Assembly: GCA_964016885.1 (NCBI GenBank)
Contig: OZ024757.1
Span: forward strand, 15,810,001-15,874,000
DNA from: Eledone cirrhosa
Lineage: Eukaryota
Reading direction: 5' to 3'
DNA length: 64,000 nucleotides
Under the pieces are notes generated by a model, which saw only the letters and a list, made by a program, of their open reading frames with translations, was not told the origin of the DNA and did not search any database. Position 1 is the first letter of the stretch, and every line of letters begins with the position of its first letter. The position numbers and the translations under genes were made by a program. Positions 38,116-52,775 of this stretch are shown piece after piece.

Positions 38116-38260
38116 TAATTGTTTCTACTTTAGGCACAAGGCCAGCAATTACCCAGTGCGTTACTGGTACTTTATTTCATCGACCCCGTAAGGATGAAAG
38201 GCAAAGTCAACATCGGCGGGATTTGAACTCAGATCGTAAAGGGACGTAACTATGCTGGAA
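38116..38260 (-). mobile_element. SINE-A copy
   Basis: Near-identical to 24005-24150. Confidence 0.75.
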
Positions 38261-38411
38261 GTGAAATTCACCTGTTGTGAGCATTTGTATTGGTAACATG
38301 TCCATCACAAAGTATAACACACACACACACATATGTAAATATTTCCTTCAATTGAAACAGTTCTAGTCCTGTAAAAGCCATATCTATATTAAATTTTGTT
38401 GTATATGTATA

Positions 38412-38443
<32 letters not shown>

Positions 38444-38448
38444 GAGAG

Positions 38449-38648
38449 AGGAAAATATATGACCCCGACGGCAGAGCTCAAGTCATTTCGACGGACGGCT
38501 ATTTCTGTACTGAAATAGCCGTCGAAACGGCTTGAGCTCTGCCGTCAGGGGTCATACATTTTCCTACTACCCACTCTACTACCCTAAATATTGAGTACTC
38601 TGGTGCGTTATGGTCCATCTGGTTCCTTACCACAACTCCTTCGTTATA
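38449..38648 (+). mobile_element. Fold-back element carrying the 3' half of a hammerhead (same family as 32727)
   Basis: GACGGCTATTTC[tgtact]GAAATAGCCGTC-GAAA-CGGC[ttgagctct]GCCG-TC-AGGGGTC; tail ends CCTTCGTTATA. Confidence 0.65.
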
Positions 38649-38809
38649 GGGTCGGACGCCATGCGTTGACGTATAGAGTTACGGCCCTTGCCATTCTGAG
38701 TTCAAATCCCGCCGAGGTTAACTTTGCCTTTCATCCTTATGGGGTTGATAAAATAAAGTACCAGTAATACACTGGGTAATTGCTGGCCTTGTGCCAAAAG
38801 TAGAAACAG

Positions 38810-38812
<3 letters not shown>
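38649..38812 (+). mobile_element. SINE-A copy
   Basis: GAGTTCAAATCCCGCCGAGGTTAACTTTGCCTTTCATCC...GTAGAAAC. Confidence 0.75.
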
Positions 38813-38874
<62 letters not shown>

Positions 38875-41537
38875 AAGAGATTTCGCTATGAGAGATTTAG
38901 TTCTTTTGTCTATTGAAAAAACATCCTTGTTTGAAGTTATACAAAGTATATGCGATGTTACATAATATTTATAATTTATAAAAAATGTTTCTCATCGCAC
39001 TCAGATGATAAATCTCTTCTCAGAATATTGTTCTTTTTATTGTCTTTGTAGATTTATATAGTTCCTAAAAAGAAAATGCTCATATAGTTACTTGGTGGTA
39101 TTAATATAATCCGGATAAAAAACAACACATTCGTCCGGCATACTTTTAATGGTACATTGACAATCCGAGAAGTTAAATGAAATCCAACTTGGCTTCGCTA
39201 AGACAATATGTCTGTTGTTTCTATTTCCCTATTACCGAGAGTAGTGACCATTATTTCACACCACCAAGGCGGTGGGTTGGAAGTACATGAAGTTACATTC
39301 CAAGAGGCCGTACGTTAGTTGATCAGCTAACGCAGTACGTACCAGTAAGCCCACATATGTTACATTGATATAGAGGTACATATACAGTATACAGTGGTAT
39401 ATATAATATGCAATATAAAGGTATATATAACATGTAATAATGAATATAAATACTGTAAAGCTAATGATAATATATTGTTAAAGAAAAAAAATACTTTTTT
39501 AATTCTGCAAAAATAGAATAGTAACCCATACCGTATGTACGATTTTGGCTTGTTTTTATGCTGCCAAAGAAGGAACCCAGCACCCGAAAGAGCCCACAAA
39601 AATGAACCTACCCCGGAAGGAAACAACAAAACAACGATTTTTCTTTCTTCGTGAGACTGTTCGTACCTGCGGGAGTTCGTAAGGAGAGGACTTACTCTAT
39701 CGGTAGAGCATCGGATAATATACTTTGCGTCATATAGTTATGGCCATTTACGTTCTGAGTTCAAATTTCGCCGAAGTTAGCTTTGTCTTTCATCCTCACG
39801 GGGTCGTAAGTATCAGTAACGCACTGACGTTGATTTAGTTGGCTTCCCCTCCCACCAAAACTGAAAGCCTTGTGCCTAAACCAGAAACCCTTATTTCCCG
39901 TCCCCATCGCCATATGATAGACTACCTTAGATTGGGAGATTCAATCATTTGGCAAGTTTAACAGCCCAGTCTGTCACTTCAGTATCTTTGGCGGCGCCCA
40001 CTCTATTGTACAGATTAGACCTCCTCTTATTTTGGCGGCGAATTGGTAGAGTCGTTAAAAACATCGGATAGAATGATTTGCAGTATTCGTTCTAGTTTTC
40101 TTCTCTCTAAGTTCAACTTTGCCTTTAATCCAGCCCAGTGCTGCAGGCAATTTTTCCTCTATATTCCTTACCCACTTCCTCCTCTCATTTCTCCCACATA
40201 CACACACTCTCATCTGCTCTGGAAGAAATATGGAAACATAACAAAATTCTCTTATAAAATTATGACGGAAGATTTAAATTTAAACACGAACACTTAAAAC
40301 ATATGCGACATGTAATGTAGAACCATAGTACAGGCTTCGATCTCCCCTCTATATTTATTTTTCACTTCCTCTCTCTTTCTCTCCACAAAAGAAATCAGCT
40401 GTGTTCATGCCTGGAGCGGAGATAGGCGGAAATGCCCGAGGTACGTTGCATGTTACTACGGCGCCCACAATGGCTCCACCGGAATTTATTTACGGATTTA
40501 TACATATGCACATACTCTTTCTTTATTTGTGAATATCTTCTCGCCACCTGGAAATGGATTATATCTATCAGCTTAGAATTCCTCAGTAAACAACATTTTA
40601 AGACAAATTAGAGTGTTGCTTATACGCTGGGCTTGTATAGCATTGAAGTACAATCAGAATTAATGCTAAAACCCCATAGTTGAAAAAGCAGAAGTAATGT
40701 AGGTTAACATATATAATTATATTAGTATTGGCTGGAAGTCCATGCTATATTCAGCCTAGTAAAAATTAGAATATATTAATTCGTTATCGAGATCTATAGA
40801 TGATTGTGCGATAGAAGGCGTAATTAGTGATAAGATGGTTATCAAGGTAATATATTCATTAGAACCCAACAGTCACTTCATTACTGTTACTTCATGTTCG
40901 CTGTAATTTACACATATGGAAGAGCTATGTAAGAATCCACGTAGGATGAAGTAGCACTCTAAGTGAATCAGTTTCTATATAAACCATTACTTGATTTAAA
41001 AGCAAACCTGATGATATTTCTATAATGTTTCATTCTGTCGTACAATTTCAGATAAGGACATTGAAGAAGGGGGAACGAAAACAGCAATAATACCAAGCAA
41101 TTCTGGATATTGAATAGCACTATAATATATTGAAGTATTTTTATATATATGGAAAACCAGAGAGAGGCAGACAGAAAGAGATAGATAGAGAGAGATAAAA
41201 GGATGCTTCATTAATGCTAAGAGTTTTATTAAATGATACGTTAAATAATGTACTTCACTAAATAATATTTTGTTCACGACAAATCAATGTTTACATTCAC
41301 AATAAGGAGAAGCTCGTGTTTCGAGAACAGAAATTGAATAATATAAACTTTGCTCCTATGATAGCCAGACTTTCTTGAGAATTTTGCCGACAAATTTATA
41401 AAAGATTCTATTTTCTGAACAAATTTAAACACTTATTTCAATAAATTATCAACGATAGTGATACACATCGTGTATCTCTCTATCTTTATGTTTGTCTCTC
41501 TGTCTATAGATAGATACACTATGTGTGTGTATCTATC

Positions 41538-41726
41538 GCCTGAAGTTGAGGGCTGGTCTATCGACGGGGTATTAAATAACCCATTTGTGGCACCTCCCCC
41601 CTATTGGGGATTTCGATTGTTATAATTTTGTTTCAATATTTTTACACGACTGTATGTAAAATCCCAGGCATGTGTCTTTGTATTGTCCCCTTTTCTTGTG
41701 CACCCTTGTGGCAAATAAAGAAATAT
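41538..41726 (+). mobile_element. Possible 3' UTR of an L1/Tx1-like LINE
   Basis: T-rich UTR ending TTGTGCACCCTTGTGGCAAATAAAGAAATA, within duplicated TCTA-rich flanks. Confidence 0.35.
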
Positions 41727-41907
41727 ATCTATATGTTTGTCTCTCCGTCTATCTGTCTATAGATAGATACACGATATGTGTATACCTACCTATCTACCTA
41801 TCTATCTATCTATGTGTGTTTGTCTCTCCGTCTATCTGTCTATAGATAGATAAATAGATATATAAATAGATAGAAAGATAGATATTGATTACACTATTGT
41901 TATTGAG

Positions 41908-42080
41908 CAGGCATGTCAACTCCCCCCTTCCAACGGAAAGAACTCCCACCCACTTTGGGGTAGATCAGAGATTTCTTCTTTTGAAAATAGGTATAGCTTT
42001 CATTATGTAAAATCTACCCCCTTTGGGGCACTTATTTTCATGGTACTCCCCGTTTGGGTTTTTAGAGGTTGGCAGGTTTA
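41908..42080 (+). mobile_element. MITE with 6-bp TSD (copy 4)
   Basis: CAGGCATGTCAAC...GTTGGCAGGTTTA; flanks ATTGAG / ATTTAG. Confidence 0.7.
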
Positions 42081-43454
42081 ATTTAGGTAGAATTGTTTCT
42101 TTGGCTGCCTATTTCAGATTTTTCTGGAAACAGACCTCAAATCCTCAGCATATATTGACATCATTCGTAATTGTTGTGTGTTTTTCCTTCCAGTGCTTTC
42201 CCCACTTCGGATATTCTCTACCAAATTCCTACTATATATACCGTATATAGACGAATATAAGCCGACTTCACCAATTTGACATCGATTTTATATATGTATA
42301 CATACATGGTGGGGTATATTTACTGTTTGCTTATATAATCGAGCGTATCGACAAAGAGAGATCAATAAAATAGGTGTACTGTAGTCGATATTTTCAACTA
42401 CATGCTTTAAAGACGCGCCTCCTTAAGATTTACTCACAAGTATAGTAGAAGACATCGGCACGATTCACCATGCAGTGGGATTGAACCCGAAACCACTACG
42501 GGATTGCAAAGCAAGCTGCTTATCCACACAGCCATTCCTGTGCATATTGAATGTATGGTAAACTGAGATATCGTCGTGTGAACTGGGGGAAAGCAAAAGA
42601 CTGCAAGAAAAGTTGTAAAGCGACAATTGCTATGCAGGATTGGAATAGCTAAAGCGATAATTTTCTTCCATAATTTGAAATCTAGTTAATAATTTTTGAA
42701 AATCCGAGGAAAAGGAAAAACAAAAATATTATTATAATTTTAAGGATTGTATTCAGAAGAAATTGTCAAAAAAAAAAAAAAGAAACAAATTCAGTTTTCG
42801 TTTTGTATTTTGCAAATAAAAATAAAAATAAAAAGGGGGGAGATATATAAAAAAATATGTGAAAAGCGAAAGATAAAATAATTAGAAGAATACTGGAAAA
42901 GAATAAAATTATGTTTTTCCAAATTTTACATTTCAGAATTTTGTCTTCATTTTACAGGTAAAATAGATTTAAAGAATTGAAAAATTATAATTATTCAGAA
43001 GAACTGAGAATCTAGCAATGTTTAAAATTAGTGATTCACAAAATAGCTTCATGAATAAAAATATCTTAATTCCTACACATTATTACTACACCCATTCTTT
43101 CTCATAGATTACACACACATACACACACACACACATATGCCGCACACACACATAGATTGGTAGTATCACTAAGAGAACGTTAGGCATAATAGGGGTGTAT
43201 ATGAAAGCATTTATATATATATGCATAAGCATATGCATTTATATATGTATATGTATACGCATATATATATATATATGCATACCCATACATATTTATAAAA
43301 TATATGCATGTATGTTCTTCTGGTTTTATAATTTCACAAACTTTTGCCAATAGAGAGAGAGTCGGTTTCTAACATAGACACAAGACTCTCTCATTGGAAT
43401 TTACACAACATCAACTAGGTAGATATGTCTGCATGTGTAGATATGGATGTGATT

Positions 43455-44597
43455 GTATGTGTGGATGTGTATGTATGTATGTATGTATGTATGTATGTAT
43501 GTATGTATGTATGTGTGTATGTATGTATGTATGTATGTATGTATGTATGTATGTATGTATGTATGTATGTATGTATGTATGTGTGCATGTGTATGTATGT
43601 ATGCATGTATGCATGTATGTGTGCATGTGTATGTATGTATGTATGTATGCATGTGTATGTATGTATATATGTATGTGTGCATGTGTATGTATGTATGTAT
43701 GTATGTATGTATGTATGTATGTATGTATGTGTGCATGTGTATGTATGTATGTGTGCATGTGTATGTATGTGTGCATGTGTATGTATGTATGTATGTGTGC
43801 ATATGTATGTATGTATGTGTGCATGTGTATGTATGTATGTATGTATGTATGTATGTATGTATGTATGTATGTGTGCATGTGTATGTATGTATGCATGTAT
43901 GTGTGCATGTTTATGTATGTATGTATGTGTGCATGTGTATGTCTGTATATATGTATGTGTGCATGTGTATGTATGTATGTATGTATGTATGTATGTATGT
44001 ATGTATGTGTGCATGTGTATGTATGTATGTATGTATGTATGTATGTATGTATGTATGTATGTATGTATGTATGTATGTATGTGTGCATGTGTATGTATGT
44101 ATGCATGTATGCATGTATGTGTGCATGTGTATGTATGTATGTATGTGTGCATGTGTATGTTTGTATATATGTATGTGTGCATGTGTATGTATGTATGTAT
44201 GTATGTATGTATGTATGTATGTATGTGTGCATGTGTATGTATGTATGTGTGCATGTGTATGTATGTGTGCATGTGTATGTATGTATGTATGTGTGCATAT
44301 GTATGTATGTATGTGTGCATGTGTATGTATGTATGTGTGCATGTGTATGTATGTGTGCATGTGTATGTATGTATGTATGTGTGCATATGTATGTATGTAT
44401 GTGTGCATGTGTATGTATGTATGTATGTATGTATGCATGTATGTATGTATGCATGTGTATGTATGTGTGCATGTGTATGTATGTATGTGTGCATATGTAT
44501 GTATGTATGTATGTATGTATGTGTGCATGTGTATGTATGTATGTATGTATGTATGTATGTATGTGTGCATGTGTATGTATGTATGTATGTATGTATG
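43455..44597. repeat. (ATGT)n / GTGCATGT compound array
   Basis: Direct inspection. Confidence 0.95.
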
Positions 44598-44609
44598 ATA
44601 TTTGGGTGA

Positions 44610-45030
44610 TATTTGGACACCCTGCGGGATGAAATACAAGACCCGGAGAAGGGCGGAGGAACTCAGCAGAGACAACGGCCATCCAAATAGTACTTTTTTT
44701 TCTCACCAGGGTGTGAAAGGAGTGCCCCCAGTTGTTGTTACAACACTTTTCTAGGAGAAGGAAACTCTGAAAAAAAACCCACTGCGGCTTCGGAAGCATC
44801 CGATGATGTTGACCAGTTCTCCTTTTCAGCTACTGTTTTTGATGCTCAGAGAGTGGGATTGGTCAAATGCAAGGCTTTTCTCCACTTAAAAAAACCTTCA
44901 AAGCACAGGCATTGCTTGTTCGGGTAATGTTACAGGTTTGTGTGGCTGGCCGTAGCCTAAAAGTGCACCATTTTCTGTAATCTGACAAGCGATTGCAATA
45001 CTCTTAGCAGAGTTTGCAGCCATCATGTAT
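44610..45030 (+). mobile_element. Bipartite RTE-derived non-autonomous element (copy B) with (ATGT)n tail
   Basis: 5' part homologous to 10863 up to GCACAGGCATTGC; 3' end GAGTTTGCAGCCATC(ATGT)n. Confidence 0.65.
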
Positions 45031-45046
45031 GTATGTATGTATGTAT

Positions 45047-45450
45047 GACCCCTTAGCCTTTGTCAACGCAGAATTCTAGGAGAAGGAAAACTCTGATATA
45101 ACACCTGCAACTCTAATGGTATCCAATGATGTTGACTTGTTCTTCTTTTTGGTAAATATCATCTTGGTTAAGAGAGTGGGACTGGCTTTGTGCAGTGCCT
45201 TTGCTCACTATAAAAGCTTCACGGCACAGGCATTGCTTTATATCTGGAGATCTCTCTGCACTTGTCGTCACATGGTACCATGGGCCCAGCACTATGTGTC
45301 AATAATTGTCACAAGTGTAGTGTTTGTACCAGAGTTTTCAAGTCGCTGGCTGGACTAAAAAGTCACACTCGTCCAGCGCATCGGTAGGGGTTCTCCTACA
45401 TGGATATAAAGTAGTGGCCGTACTCGAAAACGAGTTGGCAGCCACCATGT
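45047..45450 (+). mobile_element. Bipartite RTE-derived non-autonomous element (copy C) retaining a C2H2 zinc-finger C-terminus
   Basis: TTCTAGGAGAAGGAAAACTCTGA; HKCSVCTRVFKSLAGLKSHTRPAHR* at ~45310-45387; tail GAGTTGGCAGCCACC(ATGT)n. Confidence 0.7.
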
Positions 45451-45877
45451 ATGTATGTATGTATGTATGTATGTATGTATGTATGTATGTATGTATGTAT
45501 GTATGAAGTGAATAAAACATAATCAAGACGATGAGCAGACACAGGGGAGCAGAAATAGTAATTGGGAAGATCACATAGGTGTGACGAAAGACTTTTGGCA
45601 ATTAAATAACCATCTGGTTACTAAACTAAATGAGGAATTGATTAATTACATGTCTAATAAAACTAATGTAAAATTGATGGGGTGTGTGGTTTTATTGGGG
45701 ACATAATCCTCCCAAGTAAAACAATACACACACTCACACACACACACACTTATATATAGGAGTGTGTGCAGAGAGAAAATAATAACGTTTACAATATACA
45801 ATGTAAAAGAAATTAATTCATACAAAAAGTACATACACACACAAACACAAACGCAAGCATACACACACAAGCACACT

Positions 45878-47402
<1,525 letters not shown>

Positions 47403-47489
47403 GGAGAGGGAAGAGAAAGGCAAAGTGTTGGCTCTAATTCAATGGCACTACTTACTTCATTAGCAATTGCTGACCTCCTATGAACCCCA

Positions 47490-48076
47490 CCCTCGACATC
47501 ACCACCGCCACCATCACCATTAACAGGTTCACCACCACCATTACTACCACCATTAACACCATCATCATCAACACCCCCATCACCATTAACACCATTACTA
47601 CCACCACCTCCATCCCCCCACCATCACCACCACCACCAGCACTGCTACTAACACTACCACCACCACCACCACCACCAGCACTATCAGCACCAGCATCACC
47701 CTACCACCAGCACCACCACCATCACCACCACTATCACTATCACCACCACAACCACCAACACTAGCACCACCACCACCACCACCACCACCACCACTACCAC
47801 CATCATCATCACCCTACCACCACCACCACCGCCACCACCATCATCACCCTACCACCACCACCACCACCACCACCATCATCACCCTACCACCACCACCACC
47901 ATCATCATCACCCTACCACCACCACCTCAACCACCATCATCACCCTACCACCACCACAACCACCACCATCATCACCCTACCACCACCATACCACCACCAC
48001 TACCGCCACCACCACCACCACACTACCACCACCACCACCACCACTACCACCACCACTACCACCACCACCACCACTA
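47490..48076. repeat. (ACC)n low-complexity array
   Basis: Direct inspection. Confidence 0.95.
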
Positions 48077-48269
48077 AAACATCTCTACCATATAGTATTG
48101 TATAGTTTCATATGTCAGCTGCAGAGCTCACTTGCTCAATAACATAGGTCCTTCTGTTGGTTGGCCACATCAACATCAACCATAGTATTGGCTTGTCGCC
48201 AGGTCACATCATTCCTTTGGTCTGTGCTAAGGTTACAGCAGGGAGATGTTGGAAAGAGGCTATGTATAA

Positions 48270-49388
48270 ACACACAGACATATACACACAGACATATACA
48301 CACAGACATATACATGGATATATACACTCTTTTACACACAGACATGGATATATATACACTCTTTTACACACAGACATGGATATATACACTCTTTTACACA
48401 CAGACATATACACACAGACATATACATGGATATATACACTCTTTTACACACAGACATGGATATATACACTCTTTTACACACAGTCATGGATATATACACC
48501 CTTATACACACAGACATGGATATATACACTCTTTTACACACAGACATGGATATATACACTCTTTTACACACAGACATGTATATATACACTCTTTTACACA
48601 CAGTCATGGATATATACACTCTTTTACACACAGACAGGGATATATACACTCTTTTAAACACAGACATGGATATATACACTCTTTTACACACAGACATATA
48701 CATGGATATATACACTCTTTTACACACAAACATGGATATATACACTCTTTTACACACAGACATGGATATATACACTCTTTTACACACAGACATGTATATA
48801 TACACTCTTTTACACACAGTCATGGATATATACACTCTTTTACACACAGACAGGGATATATACACTCTTTTAAACACAGACATGGATATATACACTCTTT
48901 TACACACAGACATATACATGGATATATACGCTCTTTTACACACAAACATGGATATATACACTCTTTTACACACAGACATGGATATATACACTCTTTTACA
49001 CACAGGCATGGATATATACACTCTTTTACACACAGATATGGATATATACACTCTGTTACTCACAGATATGGTTATATACACTCTTTTACACATATACATG
49101 TATATATACACTCTTTTACACACAGACATGGATATATACACTCTTTTACACACAGACATGAATATATACACTCTGTTACACACAGACATAGATATATACA
49201 CTCTTTTACACACAGACATGGATATATACACTCTTTTACACATATACATGGATATATACACTCTTTTACACACAGCCATGGATATATACACTCTGTTACT
49301 CACAGATATGGATATATACACTCTGTTACACACAGACATGGATATATACACTCTTTTACACACAGACATGGATATATACACTCTTTTA
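48270..49388. repeat. 30-bp minisatellite CATGGATATATACACTCTTTTACACACAGA
   Basis: About 35 tandem units. Confidence 0.95.
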
Positions 49389-49474
49389 TTCTCTCAATAT
49401 ACCATTATATATGTTGTATATATTTATAACCTAAATATCTAAATAACCTAACTATCTAAATAACCTAACTATCT

Positions 49475-52339
49475 AAATAACCTAACTATCTGTAACACTA
49501 ACTTTAAAAAACGAGACAATCACTTGATCACCTACAGATCAGGGGAACATACCAGCTAGGTAGATTATATCCTTACCAGAAGACGTGACATAGTGACTGT
49601 TGTAAACACTAAATCCCTCCCCCATGAAGAATGCACCTCCCAACATAGACTGATAATCAGCGACCTAATAGTCAGGACGAGACGTACTAGACAACAGAAG
49701 AGGACTATCCTCAGGAGAAAAATATGGAAGCTAAAGGACCCCACAACCAGAAATAAATTTCAAAGCATATTACTTGATGCTTTCGACAGTAAGGAAGAGC
49801 AATTAGAGTCGTACAAGGTAGAGGAACAGTGGGAATTCCTGAAAGCAAACCTGCTGATGGCGGCAGACGAAGTCTGTGGCTGGAGCAGGCCTGTAGGCAG
49901 GAGGAGAGTAACATGGTGGTGGAACAGTAAGGTGGAGGGGTCAATTAAGGCCAAAAAGCAGGCTTGGAAAGTATGGCGGGATGGGGGAAGCAGAGAAGAC
50001 TATCAAGTGGCCAGGAGGGAAGCTAGGAGACAAGTGTACTTCGCAAGAAGGGAAGCAGAGGAAAGAAAGTTCAAGCATGTTCTACAACGTGAGGACCAAA
50101 AACGTGAGGTGTTCAGGATTGCTAGGCAATGTGTCAAGGAAAACAGTGATATTGTCGGGAAGAAGTGTGTACTTAATGATGACGGCGTACTTGCCATCAC
50201 CGATGCTGATAAGAAGGTAGCTTGGAAGTGTCACTATGAAAGGCTACTAAATGAGGAGAATAAATGGGAGAAAGACAGTCTCCCCCACATCGACCCAATA
50301 GAAGGACCAGCAGTGTTAGTCGAGGGTAGTATAATAAGTAAGGCAATCAAAGATATGAAGACGGGTAAGGCGGCTGGGCCTTCGGAAATAGTTGCCGAGA
50401 TGCTGAAGGCATCTGGTATGGTGGGACACACCATGGTCACCCGGATAGTCAACCAAGTCATACAGAATGGGGTTGTTCCGAAGGACTGGCGTAGCAGCAT
50501 CATCGTTAACTGTTATAAGGGTAAAGGAGATGCCCTAGATAGGAGTAACTATAGAGGCATTAAATTAATCGACAAGGTCATGAAGGTCACGGAAAAAGTA
50601 ATAGCGCAACTAATCAGAGAGCGAATTGATCTAGATGAAATGCAGTTCGGGTTTGTGTCAGGAAAAAGTACCACAGACGCTCTTTTCATTGTACGACAAC
50701 TACAGGAGAAGTACCTAGCTAAAAGTAAACCCCTCTACTTAGCTTTTGTCGACTTGGAGAAAGCCTTCGACAGAGTCCCCTGTTCCATTATCTGGTGGGC
50801 TCTTAGAAAACTAGGTGTTAATGAATGGCTTGTGAGAGCTATACAAGTCATGTATAAAGAAACAGTCAGCAAGGTTAGAATTAACAACGAATATAGTGAA
50901 GAGTTTAGTGTAAAAGTTGGTGTTCATCAGGGCTCTGTTCTTAGCCCCCTACTATTTATTATTGCCCTCCAGGCTATAACAGTTGAGTTCAAGACCGGCT
51001 GCCCATGGGAACTCCTATACGCAGATGATCTAATGCTCATAGCTGAATCAATGGCCGAGCTAGAGAAGAAATTCCAAACATGGAAGCACGGCCTAGAATC
51101 AAAAGGCCTTAAAATTAACCTGGCTAAGACTAAAGTTCTAGTTTGTAAGAAAGAAAATAAGGCAGTGGTCCCCTCCGGGAAGTGGCCATGCTCAGTGTGT
51201 AGGAAAGGCGGAGGTAGAAACTCCATTTTGTGTCCCAAATGCAAAGTATGGGTGCATAAAAGATATAGTGGGATCACAGGTAAGCTAACTAAGAACATAG
51301 ATTTTACATGTGGCCGGTGTTCTGGGGCAATAAGTAGCAGCAAGTGCCCAAAAAATACTAGCTCTTTCAACTGTGCAGAGGGTTCTATAGAAATAGTGGA
51401 CAGCTTCCGTTACCTGGGTGACAAAATCAGCAGTGGGGGAGGGTGCTCTGAAAGTACAGTAGCTAGAGTCAGAACTGGATGGAAAAAGTTCAGAGAGCTT
51501 ATACCGCTATTAGCCGCTAAAGGGTTCTCCCTAAAAATGAAAGGCAGGTTGTACGATGCCTGCATACGAACAGCAATGTTGCATGGCAGTGAGACCTGGG
51601 CATTGTGTGCAGAGGATATACGCAGACTAGAGAGAAACGAAGCTTGCATGCTCTGCTGGATGTGTAATAGTAATATACGTGAACGGCAAAGTATAAACGA
51701 ACTAAGGAAAAAATTAGAAATAAGAGGGATCAGATGTTGTTTACTCGAGAGAAGGCTACGTTGGTATGGACACGTGATGCGCATGAAAGACGATAGCTGT
51801 ATAACAAAGTGCAGGGCAATAAAGATAGACGGTAGCCACGGAATAGGCAGACCCAGAAAAACCTGGGACGAGCTGATAAATTCCGACCTCACACAAGACA
51901 ATGTCACTGGACCGAGACCTTTGGCGGTACTCAGTAATAGAGAAGACCCGCCTTACCTAAGTACAAAGTAAAACCTACTACAGTCAGTAGGCATCTCTAA
52001 CAAAATACACCCCCGTCCATCCACCCCCACCCCATCCACACCGCCCCTTTCAATGTAATGTTATGTTGGTGCCACAACATCCAGGCCGAAACAAATGAGA
52101 TCGTGTAGGTGTCACGTCAAAAAACACACAGTTCACGCTGTAATGTGGCCGTGTAGGCAACACGGTAAAAACCTCCCAGACCCACACTGTAAATGTGGTT
52201 GGTGTTAGGAAGGGCATCCAACTGTAGAAAACCCGCCAGACAGTCCTATGCGAGCAAGATAACCACTCTTGCCTCAAGTGGGAAAATCCCCGTCCAAACC
52301 CATGCAAGCGTGGAACACGGACGTTAAACGATGATGATG
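49475..52339 (+). mobile_element. 5'-truncated RTE-clade LINE with (GAT)n tail
   Basis: Begins in the APE endonuclease C-terminal part (NTNFKKRDNHLITYRSG..*VDYIL, SQHRL), then RT, then a 3' UTR ending GGACGTTAAACGATGATGATG. Confidence 0.95.
49593..51971 (+). pseudogene. LINE ORF: end of the endonuclease, reverse transcriptase with inserted PHD-like finger, C-terminal domain
   Basis: NYRGIKL, QFGF, FVDLEKAFDRV, GVHQGSVLSPLLF, YADD, FRYLG, RRLRWYGHV, GRPRKTW; in-frame TAG at 49557; true C-terminus (MSLDRDLWRYSV..*) lies in a shifted frame after ~51890. Confidence 0.92.
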
Positions 52340-52366
52340 TATATATAAACATGTGTTTAGAAAACA

Positions 52367-52556
52367 GTGGATTGGCAGTATCGGTAGAGGGTTGGATGCC
52401 ATGCTTTGCAGCATAGAGTTACGCCCCTTTACAATCTGAGTTCAAATGCCGCCGAGGTTAACTTTGCCTTTCATCCTTACGGGGGTTGGTAAAATAAAGT
52501 ACCAGTAATGTATTGGGATAATTGCTGGCCTTGTGCCAAAAATAGAAACAATTATT
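52367..52556 (+). mobile_element. SINE-A copy, full length
   Basis: GTGGATTGGCAGTATCGGTAGAG head, GAGTTCAAAT B-box-like motif, core, tail AGAAACAATTATTAT. Confidence 0.8.
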
Positions 52557-52735
52557 ATATGAACACACATACACACATATATATATACATATATACATAT
52601 ATACTAACTTACACACACACGCACACATATATATATATATATATATTATATACATTGGACGGATATCTCAAAAACAGTTATATATATATATATATATACA
52701 CATATATACATATATACATATACAGAGACGCACGC

Positions 52736-52771
<36 letters not shown>

Positions 52772-52775
<4 letters not shown>

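Noticed and set aside
39610-39666. Small minus-strand exon (VRTVSRRKKNRCFVVSFR, phase-1 end)
   Set aside because: Phase-compatible with the 35837 exon but very short, with no other support; kept only as an alternative to the 54950 candidate
40392-40440. Plus-strand mini-exon MPGAEIGGNAR|gtacgt
   Set aside because: Isolated, with no compatible downstream exon found
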